Below, in pieces: positions 28,436-37,278 of a stretch of 43,679 nucleotides of DNA. This stretch comes from Gemmatimonadota bacterium (GTDB lineage Bacteria > Gemmatimonadota > Gemmatimonadetes > Longimicrobiales > RSA9), in the NCBI GenBank assembly GCA_019347975.1, contig JAHWKI010000002.1, positions 1 to 43,679 on the forward strand, given 5' to 3'. The translations under genes and the position numbers were made by a program. The notes beneath the pieces are model-generated. The model was given only the letters and a program-made list of their open reading frames with translations, was not told where the DNA came from and made no database searches. Each line of letters opens with the position of its first letter. The first letter of the stretch is position 1.

Positions 28436-29088
28436 GGATACATCGTGCGGGGCTGGTCATCCTGGCGCTGGCGTCGCTGGCAGCGGCCCCGGCCGCCGCG
28501 GACGGGCAGGCGGCGATGGGCGTGAAGGCGGGTGCGAACCTGACCAGGCTCACGGGCGCCGAGGACTCGGAGTCCGTCACCGGGCTCTCCGCGGGAGCGT
28601 ACCTCGGCTTCGGCCTGGGAGACCGGCTCGCGATCCAGATCGAGGCCAGCTACGCCGTCCGCGGCGGCGCGGGCGTGCGGATCGGGGCGAACGCCCTGGA
28701 GGACACCGCGACGACCTCCGATGTCCGCCTCACCTACGTCGAGGTGCCTCTGCTCCTGCGCGCCGGCTATCCGGGGGAACGGCTGCTCCCGACCGTCTTC
28801 ATCGGCCCGTACGCCGGCTTTCTGCTCTCGTGCCGCCTGACCCTCAGCGATGGCAGCGAGGGCGACTGCGATGACGAGAGCCGCGCCTCCTGGTTCAACG
28901 ACCGCGGCACGGAATACGGCCTGATGGTCGGCGGCGGGCTCGACTGGGCCATCGGCGAGTCCACCGTGTTCGTCGACACCCGTTACGCCCTCGGCCTCTT
29001 CTCGATCCAGGGCGGAGACAACGCCATGGACCTGCGCAACGGCGGACTCACCATCACCGGCGGGTTCGCCATACCCCTCGGCCGGTAA
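28432..29088 (+). CDS. Outer-membrane beta-barrel (porin/PorT-like OMP_b-brl_2) protein
   Basis: TTG start overlaps the upstream TGA. Signal peptide, GVKAGAN, LTYVEVPLLLR, GPYAGFL, GGGLD and DTRYALGL. Confidence 0.8.
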   Translation: MRIHRAGLVILALASLAAAPAAADGQAAMGVKAGANLTRLTGAEDSESVTGLSAGAYLGFGLGDRLAIQIEASYAVRGGAGVRIGANALEDTATTSDVRLTYVEVPLLLRAGYPGERLLPTVFIGPYAGFLLSCRLTLSDGSEGDCDDESRASWFNDRGTEYGLMVGGGLDWAIGESTVFVDTRYALGLFSIQGGDNAMDLRNGGLTITGGFAIPLGR

Positions 29089-29101
29089 CGCGACGATCGA
29101 C

Positions 29102-29141
29102 AAAAAAAACGAACCGCCCGGCGCGTAGCGCGGGCGGTTCG
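29102..29141 (-). terminator. Rho-independent terminator of the 62-aa gene (possibly bidirectional)
   Basis: 11-bp stem CGAACCGCCCG/CGGGCGGTTCG with A8 on +, giving a U8 tract on the minus strand. Confidence 0.88.
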
Positions 29142-29168
29142 GTTACGGGTGTCTAGGTGCCTGTTCGA

Positions 29169-29357
29169 TCAGTCCTGCTCCAGCCACCCACCTCCGGCGA
29201 GCAGCTCCTTCACCTTGGCCGGCCGGTCGCTGAGCGACGTGCGCACCACCGAGCGCGCGAAGCTGATCCGGTCGTCCTCGGGGAGCTGGTCCACGATCGA
29301 GATCGGAGCGCCGTAACGGAGGAGCAGCCGCTTTGCGTCCTTGGCCACCTCATCCAT
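29169..29357 (-). CDS. Small hypothetical protein (62 aa)
   Basis: SD AGGAGG, near-consensus promoter and its own terminator. Confidence 0.82.
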   Translation of the reverse strand: MDEVAKDAKRLLLRYGAPISIVDQLPEDDRISFARSVVRTSLSDRPAKVKELLAGGGWLEQD

Positions 29358-29398
29358 CGGGGTCCTCCTGCGTCATGTGAAGGGAAACGAAACAGCCC

Positions 29399-29427
29399 AA
29401 TTTATCGAAAATCCGGTCCCGAATCAA
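29399..29427 (-). promoter_or_regulatory. Near-consensus sigma70 promoter of the 62-aa gene
   Basis: TTGATT-N17-TAAATT within an AT-rich patch. Confidence 0.7.
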
Positions 29428-29437
29428 TCGTGGGCGG

Positions 29438-30001
29438 TCACCGCAGCGGGTAGGACCAGCGGAATCCGACGAGAGCCGTAGTGACATCGGAGCCGCCCAG
29501 GCCACCCGCCGAAGGCGAGTTCCGGTAGGCGATCTCCACTCGAACGGCCGGCCAGCCGCCCCCTACGGGTACGTCCATGCCGGCCCGGCCGCCGAAGTGC
29601 CAGCGCGCGACCCAGCGGCCTTGCCCGGCGGGGGCGGAAGGGGCGTCGATGTCATGGAGTAACGCCCCGAGGAGGGGCCCGGCGTAGGGGGCCAGGAACC
29701 CTCGATAGCGCAGCTTGAAGCGATAGGCCAGAGTGCCCTCCGCCCAGGGGCCGGCGAGCTCGGAAGCTTCGCGGCCGGAGGCGGGCCAGGCGAACCCGAG
29801 GGCGACACCCATCCCGATGGGCAGGACGCGGGATCCCTCCAGCTGGACCGTCGCGGCGGTGCGCGGTGCGTCGCCCGGAACGGATGCGATCACCGCACCG
29901 GCGAGGGGGGAGACGTGGAGCCAGGCCGGCTCGTCGATCTGTGCGCTGGCCGGGGCGGCGAGCAGGAAGGCAAGGGCCGCGGCGCGGAGGGGGGTCGCCA
30001 T
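29438..30001 (-). CDS. Hypothetical secreted protein, probable small outer-membrane beta-barrel
   Basis: Signal peptide ASA-Q from ATG 30001. Alternating beta-strands, PYAG, GGRAGMD and terminal LVGFRWSY. TTGCGT-N18-TATCCC-N6-ATG upstream. Confidence 0.65.
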   Translation of the reverse strand: MATPLRAAALAFLLAAPASAQIDEPAWLHVSPLAGAVIASVPGDAPRTAATVQLEGSRVLPIGMGVALGFAWPASGREASELAGPWAEGTLAYRFKLRYRGFLAPYAGPLLGALLHDIDAPSAPAGQGRWVARWHFGGRAGMDVPVGGGWPAVRVEIAYRNSPSAGGLGGSDVTTALVGFRWSYPLR

Positions 30002-30129
30002 CGGTGAGGGATAGGGTGACGCGGCGAGTCCACGCAAGCGGCCGGTTGCGGACGCCGCGGTCGAAGAGCAAGCTGCCGGGGGGCGTGCGTCGCCCGCCAC
30101 CGGGAGATCCACAGCACGGGAGAGTAGCC

Positions 30130-32130
30130 ATGCGCCGGTCCCTCGTCTTCGCCGTTTCCGTCTTCACCGCCGGGTGCGCAGCGGGCTCGCCGGGAGCGCC
30201 GGTGCCGGCGCCCGTGCCCCAGCCGGCGCCCGCGGCCGTCAACGAGCGGCCGATCCCGTACCCCGTGGTGTATCCCCCGGCCTACGAGCAGGCGCTGGAG
30301 GCGGGGACCCGTTCGCGAGATGGCGATCCCGGACCGCGATACTGGCAACAGGAGGCGGACTACACGCTGACGGCGCGCGTGGATCCGGCGGCGAAGACGC
30401 TGACCGGGAGCGGGACCATCCGGTACCACAACAACTCGCCCGACACGCTGCCGGTGCTGGTGCTGAACATCACCCAGAACTTCCACGCGGAGGGCGCGAT
30501 TCGGCTCGAGGAGGCGGAGGTGACCGGAGGAGTGGAGATCGAGCGGGTGGCGGTGAACGGGGCCGAGCTGGGGCTCACCACGGGGCAGACGCCCGGGTGG
30601 GCGGTCGAGGGCACGCTGATGTACGTGCTGCTGCCGCGGCCGCTGATGCCGGGCAGCACGATCGAGCTGGGGGTGGACTGGCTCTTCACCATCCCGCAGG
30701 CGGGGGCGAGCGGTCGCATGGGCTACAGCGGCGACGAGCTCCTCTACCTCGCGTACTGGTTCCCGCAGATGGCCGTCTACGACGACGTGTACGGCTGGCA
30801 CGTCGAGCCGTTCCGGGGCAATGCCGAGTTCTACTCGGATCACGGCGACTACGACCTGACGGTGGACGCCCCGGCGGGGTGGCTCGTCATGGGCACCGGC
30901 GCGCTGACGAACGCGGAGCAGGTCCTGCGGCCGGAGGTGGTCGAGCGGCTGCGGCGGGCCGAGGGCAGCGACGAGATCGTCCACGTCCTCACGCATGACG
31001 GCGCGGCGTCGGCCACGACCGCGGGGACCGGCGGCCGCCTCTCCTGGCGATTCCGGTCCGAGCGCGTGCGGGACGTGGCGTTCGCTCTGATGCGGGAGTA
31101 CGCGTGGGACGCGGCGCGGACGCCCGTGGGCGACCGTGACGGGGACGGCGTCACGGACTACGCGCGGGTGGACGCGTTCTGGCGCCGCAATGCCCGCTAC
31201 TGGGACGACGCCGCACGGTACGCACAGCACTCGATCGACTTCCTCTCCCGCTTCACCGGGCTGCCCTACCCGTGGCCGCACATGAGCGTGGTCGAGGGTG
31301 GCGGCATCATCGGCGGCGGGATGGAGTACCCGATGATGACGCTGATCGGCGACTACAACGAGCGGGGGGACACGGCGCTCTACAACGTGGTGGCGCACGA
31401 GCTGGCGCACATGTGGGTGCCGATGATCGTGAGCACCAACGAGCGGCGATACGCGTGGTTCGACGAGGGGACGACGACGTTCAACGAGAACAACGCCCGG
31501 ACCGAGTTCTTCCCGGGCGTGGACCACTACGTCCCCGACCAGCAGCAGTACCTGCAGGTAGCGCTGGCGGGGCAGGAGGGGCCGATCATGCGATGGTCGG
31601 ACTTCCACTACCCGGGACCCGCTTACGGCGTGGCATCCTACCCCAAGCCGGCATCCGCGCTCCACGCGCTACGGGGGGTGCTCGGCGAGGCGACCTTCGA
31701 GCGCGCGTACCGCGAGTACTACGACCGGTGGGCGTTCAGGCACCCGTACCCCTGGGACATGTTCAACACGTTCGAGGATGTGGCCGGCCGCGATCTCGAC
31801 TGGTTCTGGCGGGCCTGGTATTACGAGAGCACACAGGACGGGCCGTGGGTGCTGGACCACGCGGTCGCGGGAGTGGAGCGGCTGGCTTCGGGGCAGACCG
31901 TGATCACGATCCGGGATGAAGGCTGGGTGCCCATGCCGGTGCTTCTGCGGGTCACCCGGGAGGGCGGGCAGGTCGTCGAGGAGCGGATCCCGGTCGCGTC
32001 GTGGTTACAGGGCGCCGCGACGGCCACGGTGACGCTCGACGAAGGAGCCGCGGTGACGCGGGTGGAGATCGATCCGGAGCGGTATTTCCCGGACGCCGAC
32101 CGCCGCGACAACGTGTGGACCGCCCGCTGA
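30130..32130 (+). CDS. M1-family zinc aminopeptidase lipoprotein
   Basis: Lipobox TAGC, YWQQEADY, GGMEYP and HELAH-X18-E. Confidence 0.93.
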   Translation: MRRSLVFAVSVFTAGCAAGSPGAPVPAPVPQPAPAAVNERPIPYPVVYPPAYEQALEAGTRSRDGDPGPRYWQQEADYTLTARVDPAAKTLTGSGTIRYHNNSPDTLPVLVLNITQNFHAEGAIRLEEAEVTGGVEIERVAVNGAELGLTTGQTPGWAVEGTLMYVLLPRPLMPGSTIELGVDWLFTIPQAGASGRMGYSGDELLYLAYWFPQMAVYDDVYGWHVEPFRGNAEFYSDHGDYDLTVDAPAGWLVMGTGALTNAEQVLRPEVVERLRRAEGSDEIVHVLTHDGAASATTAGTGGRLSWRFRSERVRDVAFALMREYAWDAARTPVGDRDGDGVTDYARVDAFWRRNARYWDDAARYAQHSIDFLSRFTGLPYPWPHMSVVEGGGIIGGGMEYPMMTLIGDYNERGDTALYNVVAHELAHMWVPMIVSTNERRYAWFDEGTTTFNENNARTEFFPGVDHYVPDQQQYLQVALAGQEGPIMRWSDFHYPGPAYGVASYPKPASALHALRGVLGEATFERAYREYYDRWAFRHPYPWDMFNTFEDVAGRDLDWFWRAWYYESTQDGPWVLDHAVAGVERLASGQTVITIRDEGWVPMPVLLRVTREGGQVVEERIPVASWLQGAATATVTLDEGAAVTRVEIDPERYFPDADRRDNVWTAR

Positions 32131-32242
32131 GATCGCCGGGCACCCGCCACCCCTGATCGTGGGGTGACGGGCGGGCAGGACGGCGATCCGGCCCGCAGGT
32201 TGCAACGGCGGCGCGTGAACCGATCCCCGAGCCGAGGAGCCG

Positions 32243-33268
32243 ATGGCGCCGAAGAAACGCTGGATGAGGCAGCCCCTGTCCTGGCGGCGGGGCGGCGCGG
32301 TGGCGCTGGTGGCGCTGGTAGTCCTCATGATCGCGGCGCTGATCCTCGACTCGGAGGCGGCGTCCGACATGGAGCCGCTGATCGAGTACATGGAATCGAG
32401 GGGGCGCGAGCCGGCGCAAGCGATCGCAGAGGCCGGTCGATCCGCGCGGGTCGTGCTGCTGTCGGACATCGCCGGTCTGGCCGGTCCGAAGCGCATCGCG
32501 GCCGAGGCGGTCCGGGCGCTGGCCGAGGGACCGGGGCTGGACGCGGTGGTCCTGGCGGTGAGCAGCGATGAGCAGCCGTACATCGACGCCTTCCTCAACG
32601 CCCCCGGGGAGAACGCGACGGTCCTGCTCGGGCGGCCGGCCGCCGTCCGGGAGTCGGAGGGCGCGGCGCGGGCGTTCGTCGACATCTACAGCGCCGTGTA
32701 CCGGATGAATCAGGACCTGGGAGCCGCGCGGCGGATCCGGATCCTGGCGGTGGACGTGCCGGGCTGGCCGCCGGCGGAGGGATCGAACCCGGACGAGGCA
32801 TCGCGGCTCTACGCGTCCCGGACCGAGCACATGCTGCGTCGCATGGACGAGGAGCTCCTCTCCAGGATTCCGGACGCCCGCCTCCTGATCTTCGTGGACG
32901 GCTACATGACGCTCCAGCGCACGCACGGCGTGGCGCGATTCGCGGGCGGGGACGAGGTGCGAGTGGACTGGCTGGGCGAGCGGCTCCGCGAGCGCAATCC
33001 CGGGCAGGTCAGGACGGTCCTGGTGGATGCGACGGCGGGCGCCAGCGGACTCACGCGCCTGCCGACCTACGAGGGGACCGTGTTCCACCGCGCTCTCCGT
33101 CGTGAGCTCGGCAGCGATCGCGCCGCCAGGGTGACCGACGCCTTCTCGATCGTCAAGGACCCCCTGCTGGAGACCTCGTCACCGGCGCTCCGACTGGACA
33201 TCCGCCCCGACGGCTATACGCTGCGCGACGCGGCGGACGTTTACGTGTTCCTCGCCAGAGGCCGCTGA
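32243..33268 (+). CDS. Hypothetical membrane-anchored protein, possibly a degenerate EreA/ChaN-like fold
   Basis: One N-terminal TM and GC3-biased codons. The fold guess rests on the patterns RVVLLSD..., RILAVD, RTEHM and RLLIFVD. Confidence 0.7.
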   Translation: MAPKKRWMRQPLSWRRGGAVALVALVVLMIAALILDSEAASDMEPLIEYMESRGREPAQAIAEAGRSARVVLLSDIAGLAGPKRIAAEAVRALAEGPGLDAVVLAVSSDEQPYIDAFLNAPGENATVLLGRPAAVRESEGAARAFVDIYSAVYRMNQDLGAARRIRILAVDVPGWPPAEGSNPDEASRLYASRTEHMLRRMDEELLSRIPDARLLIFVDGYMTLQRTHGVARFAGGDEVRVDWLGERLRERNPGQVRTVLVDATAGASGLTRLPTYEGTVFHRALRRELGSDRAARVTDAFSIVKDPLLETSSPALRLDIRPDGYTLRDAADVYVFLARGR

Positions 33269-33282
33269 AGGCGGCGGGCGGC

Positions 33283-33597
33283 TCAGAGCGGCTGCCCCGA
33301 GCCTTCCGGGCCGCCGCCCAGCTGCTCGGAGCGGCCCGCGCGCTCCGACCGCTTCCGGGCGTCCGACAGCTTCCGATTGGGCGGTACGTCCTGGACGCGC
33401 TCCATCTCCTCGATCAGCTCGGCGATCAGCTTCTCGGCCTGGTGCCCGTTCATCATGGTCGCCAGATGGCCGACCAGCCCCACCGCCAGGGTGGCGCGGT
33501 CCGGCATGCTGAGCCGGTCCTTGATCTGGTTCATGATGTCCCGGATGGCGTCGTAGTCATGGTTCCGGGACTCCGTCGTGCGCGATCCCTGGGTCAC
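33283..33597 (-). CDS. Hypothetical protein coupled to copZ
   Basis: GTG overlaps the copZ TGA (GTGA) with SD GGAGGAGG. 104 aa, helical. Confidence 0.72.
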   Translation of the reverse strand: MTQGSRTTESRNHDYDAIRDIMNQIKDRLSMPDRATLAVGLVGHLATMMNGHQAEKLIAELIEEMERVQDVPPNRKLSDARKRSERAGRSEQLGGGPEGSGQPL

Positions 33598-33806
33598 GCC
33601 GCCTCCTCCGCCTGGTAACCCGCGTCCACAACCGCGACCGCGATCTCGTCCGGATTGGTCTTCGCCTCGTCATAGTCCACCACCGCCCGCCCCTGCTGCA
33701 GGTCGACGCGCGCCGCGCGAACCCCGTCCACGCCCTCGAGCGCGGTCTGCACGGAATGCTGACAGTGGCTGCAGGTCATGCCGGTGACGTTGAGTGTCGT
33801 GCGCAT
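33594..33806 (-). CDS. copZ: Copper chaperone (HMA domain)
   Basis: GMTCSHC, DAGY and SD GAGGAGG. Confidence 0.94.
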   Translation of the reverse strand: MRTTLNVTGMTCSHCQHSVQTALEGVDGVRAARVDLQQGRAVVDYDEAKTNPDEIAVAVVDAGYQAEEAA

Positions 33807-33926
33807 CAGCCCTCCTCGCTCGTAGTCGTACGCTGGGATATCGATACCCGCCCGCCGCCTTCGGCCACCCGACAGGCGGCACGCGAGGGGCGTGCCGGGC
33901 CACCGGCCACGCAGCCTCGCCCCTTC

Positions 33927-36467
33927 TCAAGCCCGCCTCAGGCGCAGAGAGTTGGACACCACGCTGAGGGAGCTGAACGCCATCGCGGCGCTCGCGAACA
34001 CCGGCGACAGCAGGATCCCGAACACCGGGTACAGCACACCGGCCGCCACCGGGATTCCGATCACGTTGTAAATGAACGCCCAGAACAGGTTCTGGCGGAT
34101 CACCCGCATGGTGCTGCGGGACAGCCGGATGGCGTCCGGCACGCCTGCGAGGTCGCCGCCCACGAGGGTGACATCGGAGGCCTCGAGAGCCACGTCCGTG
34201 CCGGTGCCGATGGCGATGCCCACGTCCGCGGCGGCCAGCGCGGGGGCATCGTTCAGCCCGTCGCCCACCATCCCGACGCGGCGGCCCGCCGCCTGGAGCC
34301 GGCGCACCTCCTCGACCTTGCCCTGCGGGAGCACCTCGGCCACGACGCGGTCCACGCCCACCACGCGGGCGATGGCTTCCGCGGTGACGCGGTGGTCGCC
34401 GGTGAGCATGACCACCTCGAGCCCCAGGTCCTTCAGGCGGCGGATGGCCGCGGCGCTCGTCGGCTTCACCGGGTCCGCGATCCCGATCACGCCGAGAGCC
34501 CGCGCTTCCGAGGCGACGAACACCGGTGTTTGCGCTTCGGCGGCCATGGCCGAAGCGGCGTCGGAGAGCGCGCCGGCCTCCACCCCCTGCTCGGCCATGA
34601 AGGCCCCGTTCCCCACGAGGGCCAGGCGCCCGCCGACCAGCGCTTCCGCCCCGCGGCCGCCGGTGGCGAAGAAATCCGATGGCTCGGAAAGCGCCAGGCC
34701 GCGCTCGCGAGCCGAAGCGACGATGGCGGCGGCGAGAGGGTGCTCGGACGCGGTCTCGAGAGACGCGGCGAGCGTGAGGACTTCGTCGTCGTCCACACCC
34801 GCGGCGGGGGTGATGGCCACGACGCTGGGGCGCCCCTCGGTGATCGTCCCGGTCTTGTCCAGCACGATGGTATCCAGCCGCTGCGCCGTCTCGAGGGCGG
34901 CGCCGCCGCGGAACAGGAGGCCCCGGGCCGCGCCCGCGCCCGTTCCTGCCATCACGGCCGTGGGCGTGGCGAGGCCGAGCGCGCACGGGCAGGCGATGAT
35001 CAGCACCGTTACGAACGCGACCAGCGCAAAGACGAACGCGGGGTCCGGCCCCAGGATCCACCAGGCACCCGCGGCCACCACCGCGATCCCGATGACGATC
35101 GGGACGAAGACCCCCGCGATGCGGTCGGCGACGCGCTGAATCGGGGCGCGGGAGCCCTGGGCGTCGCGGACCAGCTTCACGATCTGGGCGAGGGCCGTGT
35201 CCCGCCCCACGCGGGTGGCCCGGAAGCGGAAGGAGCCCTGCCCGTTGATGGTCCCGCCGACCACGTCGTCTCCCTCAGCCTTCTCCACCGGCATCGCCTC
35301 GCCGGTGAGCAGCGACTCGTCCACCGCGCTGCCGCCCTCGAGCACCACGCCGTCCACGGGGATCCGCTCCCCCGGACGCACCACCAGGACGTCTCCGAGG
35401 AGGACCTCCTCCACCGGAACCTCCTCGGTGTCCCCATCCCGAACCCGCAGGGCAGTGCGCGGCTGAAGGCCGGCCAGCTTGCGGATGGCATCCCCCGTGC
35501 GCCCCTTCGCGCGGGCCTCGAGCATCTTCCCGAGCAGGATCAGGGCGATGATCATGACCACCGCCTCGTAATAGACGTCCGCGGGGAGCCCGGCCCGGGT
35601 GAAGACCCCGGGCGCCACCGTCGCCACCACGCTGTAGAGGTACGCGGAGCCGGTCCCGACGGCGATCAGAGTGTTCATGTCCGCGGTGCCGTGGAGCAGC
35701 CCGCTCCACGCCCCCCGGTAGAACTGGCGGCCGGCCCAGAAGACCACCGGCGTGCTCAGGACGAGAAGAGTCCAGGCAAGGACCGATGGGTCGACGGCGT
35801 AGAGCCACGGGAAGATCCCCCGCAGCGCCTCGTTCACCGGCATCATGAACCGGTGGAACAGGTCGCTGCTCATGGCCGCGGAGTCCCGCGCCATCAGTGG
35901 CATGGACGCCAGCATCGCGAAGACCGCCACCGCCGCCGAGAACCAGAACTTCCGCCGCAGGGACCCGTACTCCCGCTCGCGCGCGATCCGCTCCCGATCC
36001 GCCGGGTCGGTCGCCGCAATGGGCGCCGCCAGGCGGTACCCGGCGGATTCCACCGCGCGGGCCATGTCCTCCGTCGCGACCGCCTCCGGGACGTAGACGA
36101 CCCGCGCCGAACCCGCGGCGATGTTCACCACCGCCTCGACCACGCCCGGCAGCGCGTTCAGCTCCCGCTCGACGGGCTCGCCGCTCACCGCCCACTCCAG
36201 CCCCTCGATCTCCAGCACCAGCTCGTCGACACGGGCACCATAGCCGGTGCGCCGCACCGCCTCCACCAGCGATGCCGCGCTGGCCTCGGACGGGTCGTAC
36301 GAGATCGTCGCTCGCTCCGTCGCGAAATTCACCCCCGCCTCCGCCACGCCCGTCGCGCCCGAGAGCCCCTTCTGCACCCGCGCCGCGCACGCCGCGCACG
36401 TCATCCCCGTCACGGGGATCTCGATCCGCGCCTTCTCCGTTTCCGCGCCCGCAGGCGCGGCCTTCAT
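33927..36467 (-). CDS. copA: Cu(I)-translocating P1B-1 ATPase
   Basis: GMTCAAC, TGE, CPC, DKTGT, SEHP, GDGLND, YN and MAFSS. Start taken as 36467 (GGAG 5 nt upstream). ATG 36479 is only 1 nt from its SD. Confidence 0.96.
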   Translation of the reverse strand: MKAAPAGAETEKARIEIPVTGMTCAACAARVQKGLSGATGVAEAGVNFATERATISYDPSEASAASLVEAVRRTGYGARVDELVLEIEGLEWAVSGEPVERELNALPGVVEAVVNIAAGSARVVYVPEAVATEDMARAVESAGYRLAAPIAATDPADRERIAREREYGSLRRKFWFSAAVAVFAMLASMPLMARDSAAMSSDLFHRFMMPVNEALRGIFPWLYAVDPSVLAWTLLVLSTPVVFWAGRQFYRGAWSGLLHGTADMNTLIAVGTGSAYLYSVVATVAPGVFTRAGLPADVYYEAVVMIIALILLGKMLEARAKGRTGDAIRKLAGLQPRTALRVRDGDTEEVPVEEVLLGDVLVVRPGERIPVDGVVLEGGSAVDESLLTGEAMPVEKAEGDDVVGGTINGQGSFRFRATRVGRDTALAQIVKLVRDAQGSRAPIQRVADRIAGVFVPIVIGIAVVAAGAWWILGPDPAFVFALVAFVTVLIIACPCALGLATPTAVMAGTGAGAARGLLFRGGAALETAQRLDTIVLDKTGTITEGRPSVVAITPAAGVDDDEVLTLAASLETASEHPLAAAIVASARERGLALSEPSDFFATGGRGAEALVGGRLALVGNGAFMAEQGVEAGALSDAASAMAAEAQTPVFVASEARALGVIGIADPVKPTSAAAIRRLKDLGLEVVMLTGDHRVTAEAIARVVGVDRVVAEVLPQGKVEEVRRLQAAGRRVGMVGDGLNDAPALAAADVGIAIGTGTDVALEASDVTLVGGDLAGVPDAIRLSRSTMRVIRQNLFWAFIYNVIGIPVAAGVLYPVFGILLSPVFASAAMAFSSLSVVSNSLRLRRA

Positions 36468-36522
36468 CGTCGCTCCCATACCTCCTCGGCTCTCGCCACG
36501 ATCATGTGTCCGCAGGCTCCTG

Positions 36523-36828
36523 CTATTCCCGCGTGTGCCGGTACATCAGCTCCATCACCTCGTCGTATGTGCGCTCCGCCGCCGCCGGATCCCCCGACCG
36601 CAGCGCGCCCGTGACGCAGTGCTGCAGATGGCTCCGCATCAGCAATTTCCCGACCCCGCGCAGCGCCGCGTGCACCGACGCCAGCTGCGTCAGGATGTCC
36701 GGGCAGTACCGGTCCTCCTCCACCATCCGGCCGAGCCCGCGGACCTGCCCCTCGATGCGGCTGAGCCGGGCGGCCACCTGCTTCCGGGTGTCCGGATCGT
36801 GAGCGAGCGCGTTGTGCTGATCGTCCAT
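36523..36828 (-). CDS. csoR: Copper-sensing repressor, CsoR family
   Basis: C-terminal end of the track's 1211-aa shadow [23 protein letters not shown] and HLQHCV give the Cys-His-Cys ligands. SD GGAGGG. Confidence 0.95.
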   Translation of the reverse strand: MDDQHNALAHDPDTRKQVAARLSRIEGQVRGLGRMVEEDRYCPDILTQLASVHAALRGVGKLLMRSHLQHCVTGALRSGDPAAAERTYDEVMELMYRHTRE

Positions 36829-36842
36829 GTTCCCTCCATAGG

Positions 36843-36881
36843 ATACCCCCCTAGGGTATAAAGAAGCGAGGCGCGCGTCAA
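36843..36881 (-). promoter_or_regulatory. sigma70 promoter overlapped by a CsoR operator
   Basis: TTGACG-N17-TACCCT. The operator ATACCCTAGGGGGGTAT (36859-36843) has the TAC-C/G tract-GTA form typical of CsoR sites. Confidence 0.85.
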
Positions 36882-36909
36882 GGGCTGGATCCTCGCATCG
36901 AAAACAGCG

Positions 36910-37132
36910 TGACACGGAGGGCTCGGACAGGTCGGAGGGAGCGGAACGCCGGAACGCCGGAACGCCGGAACGCCGCACCGGGGCTTCGGAAGCTCGATCC
37001 CGATTGAACCGCGAAGAGCCTTCAATTTCGAAGTCGAGGCGCCTCGCCGGCGGCGGCTGGAAGAGGATCGTCAGAGCACGGTTAGCAGGAGGGCCCTCCG
37101 ATCCCTCAGAACCCTCAGAACGCTCCGTGTCA
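36910..37132. repeat. About 220-bp non-coding element with terminal inverted repeats and internal tandem repeats
   Basis: TGACACGGAG (36910-36919) pairs with CTCCGTGTCA (37123-37132). Degenerate 9-bp units inside both ends. (GGAACGCC)x4 at 36943-36974. Confidence 0.7.
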
Positions 37133-37278
37133 TGCAGTTGACGTTCTTCGAGGTTCCGAAGGCTCCCCGTTCGGCGCCGCGGTATCCCAGCTTTGACGAC
37201 CGCGCCGCTTCGCTGCACCGGCCGCCCGCGTGGCATATTGTCGTGGTGGCGGGATCCCCATGTCGGAGAACGAGCCCA

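Noticed and set aside
28432-29088. Type IX secretion locus (PorT-like barrel plus PorX)
   Set aside because: This is a generic small-barrel family, 13 kb from porX, with no other T9SS genes in the window.
33835-33849. Second CsoR operator upstream of copZ (GGGATATCGATACCC)
   Set aside because: The arms are in the opposite arrangement to the TACC...GGTA operator. At most it is a half-site.
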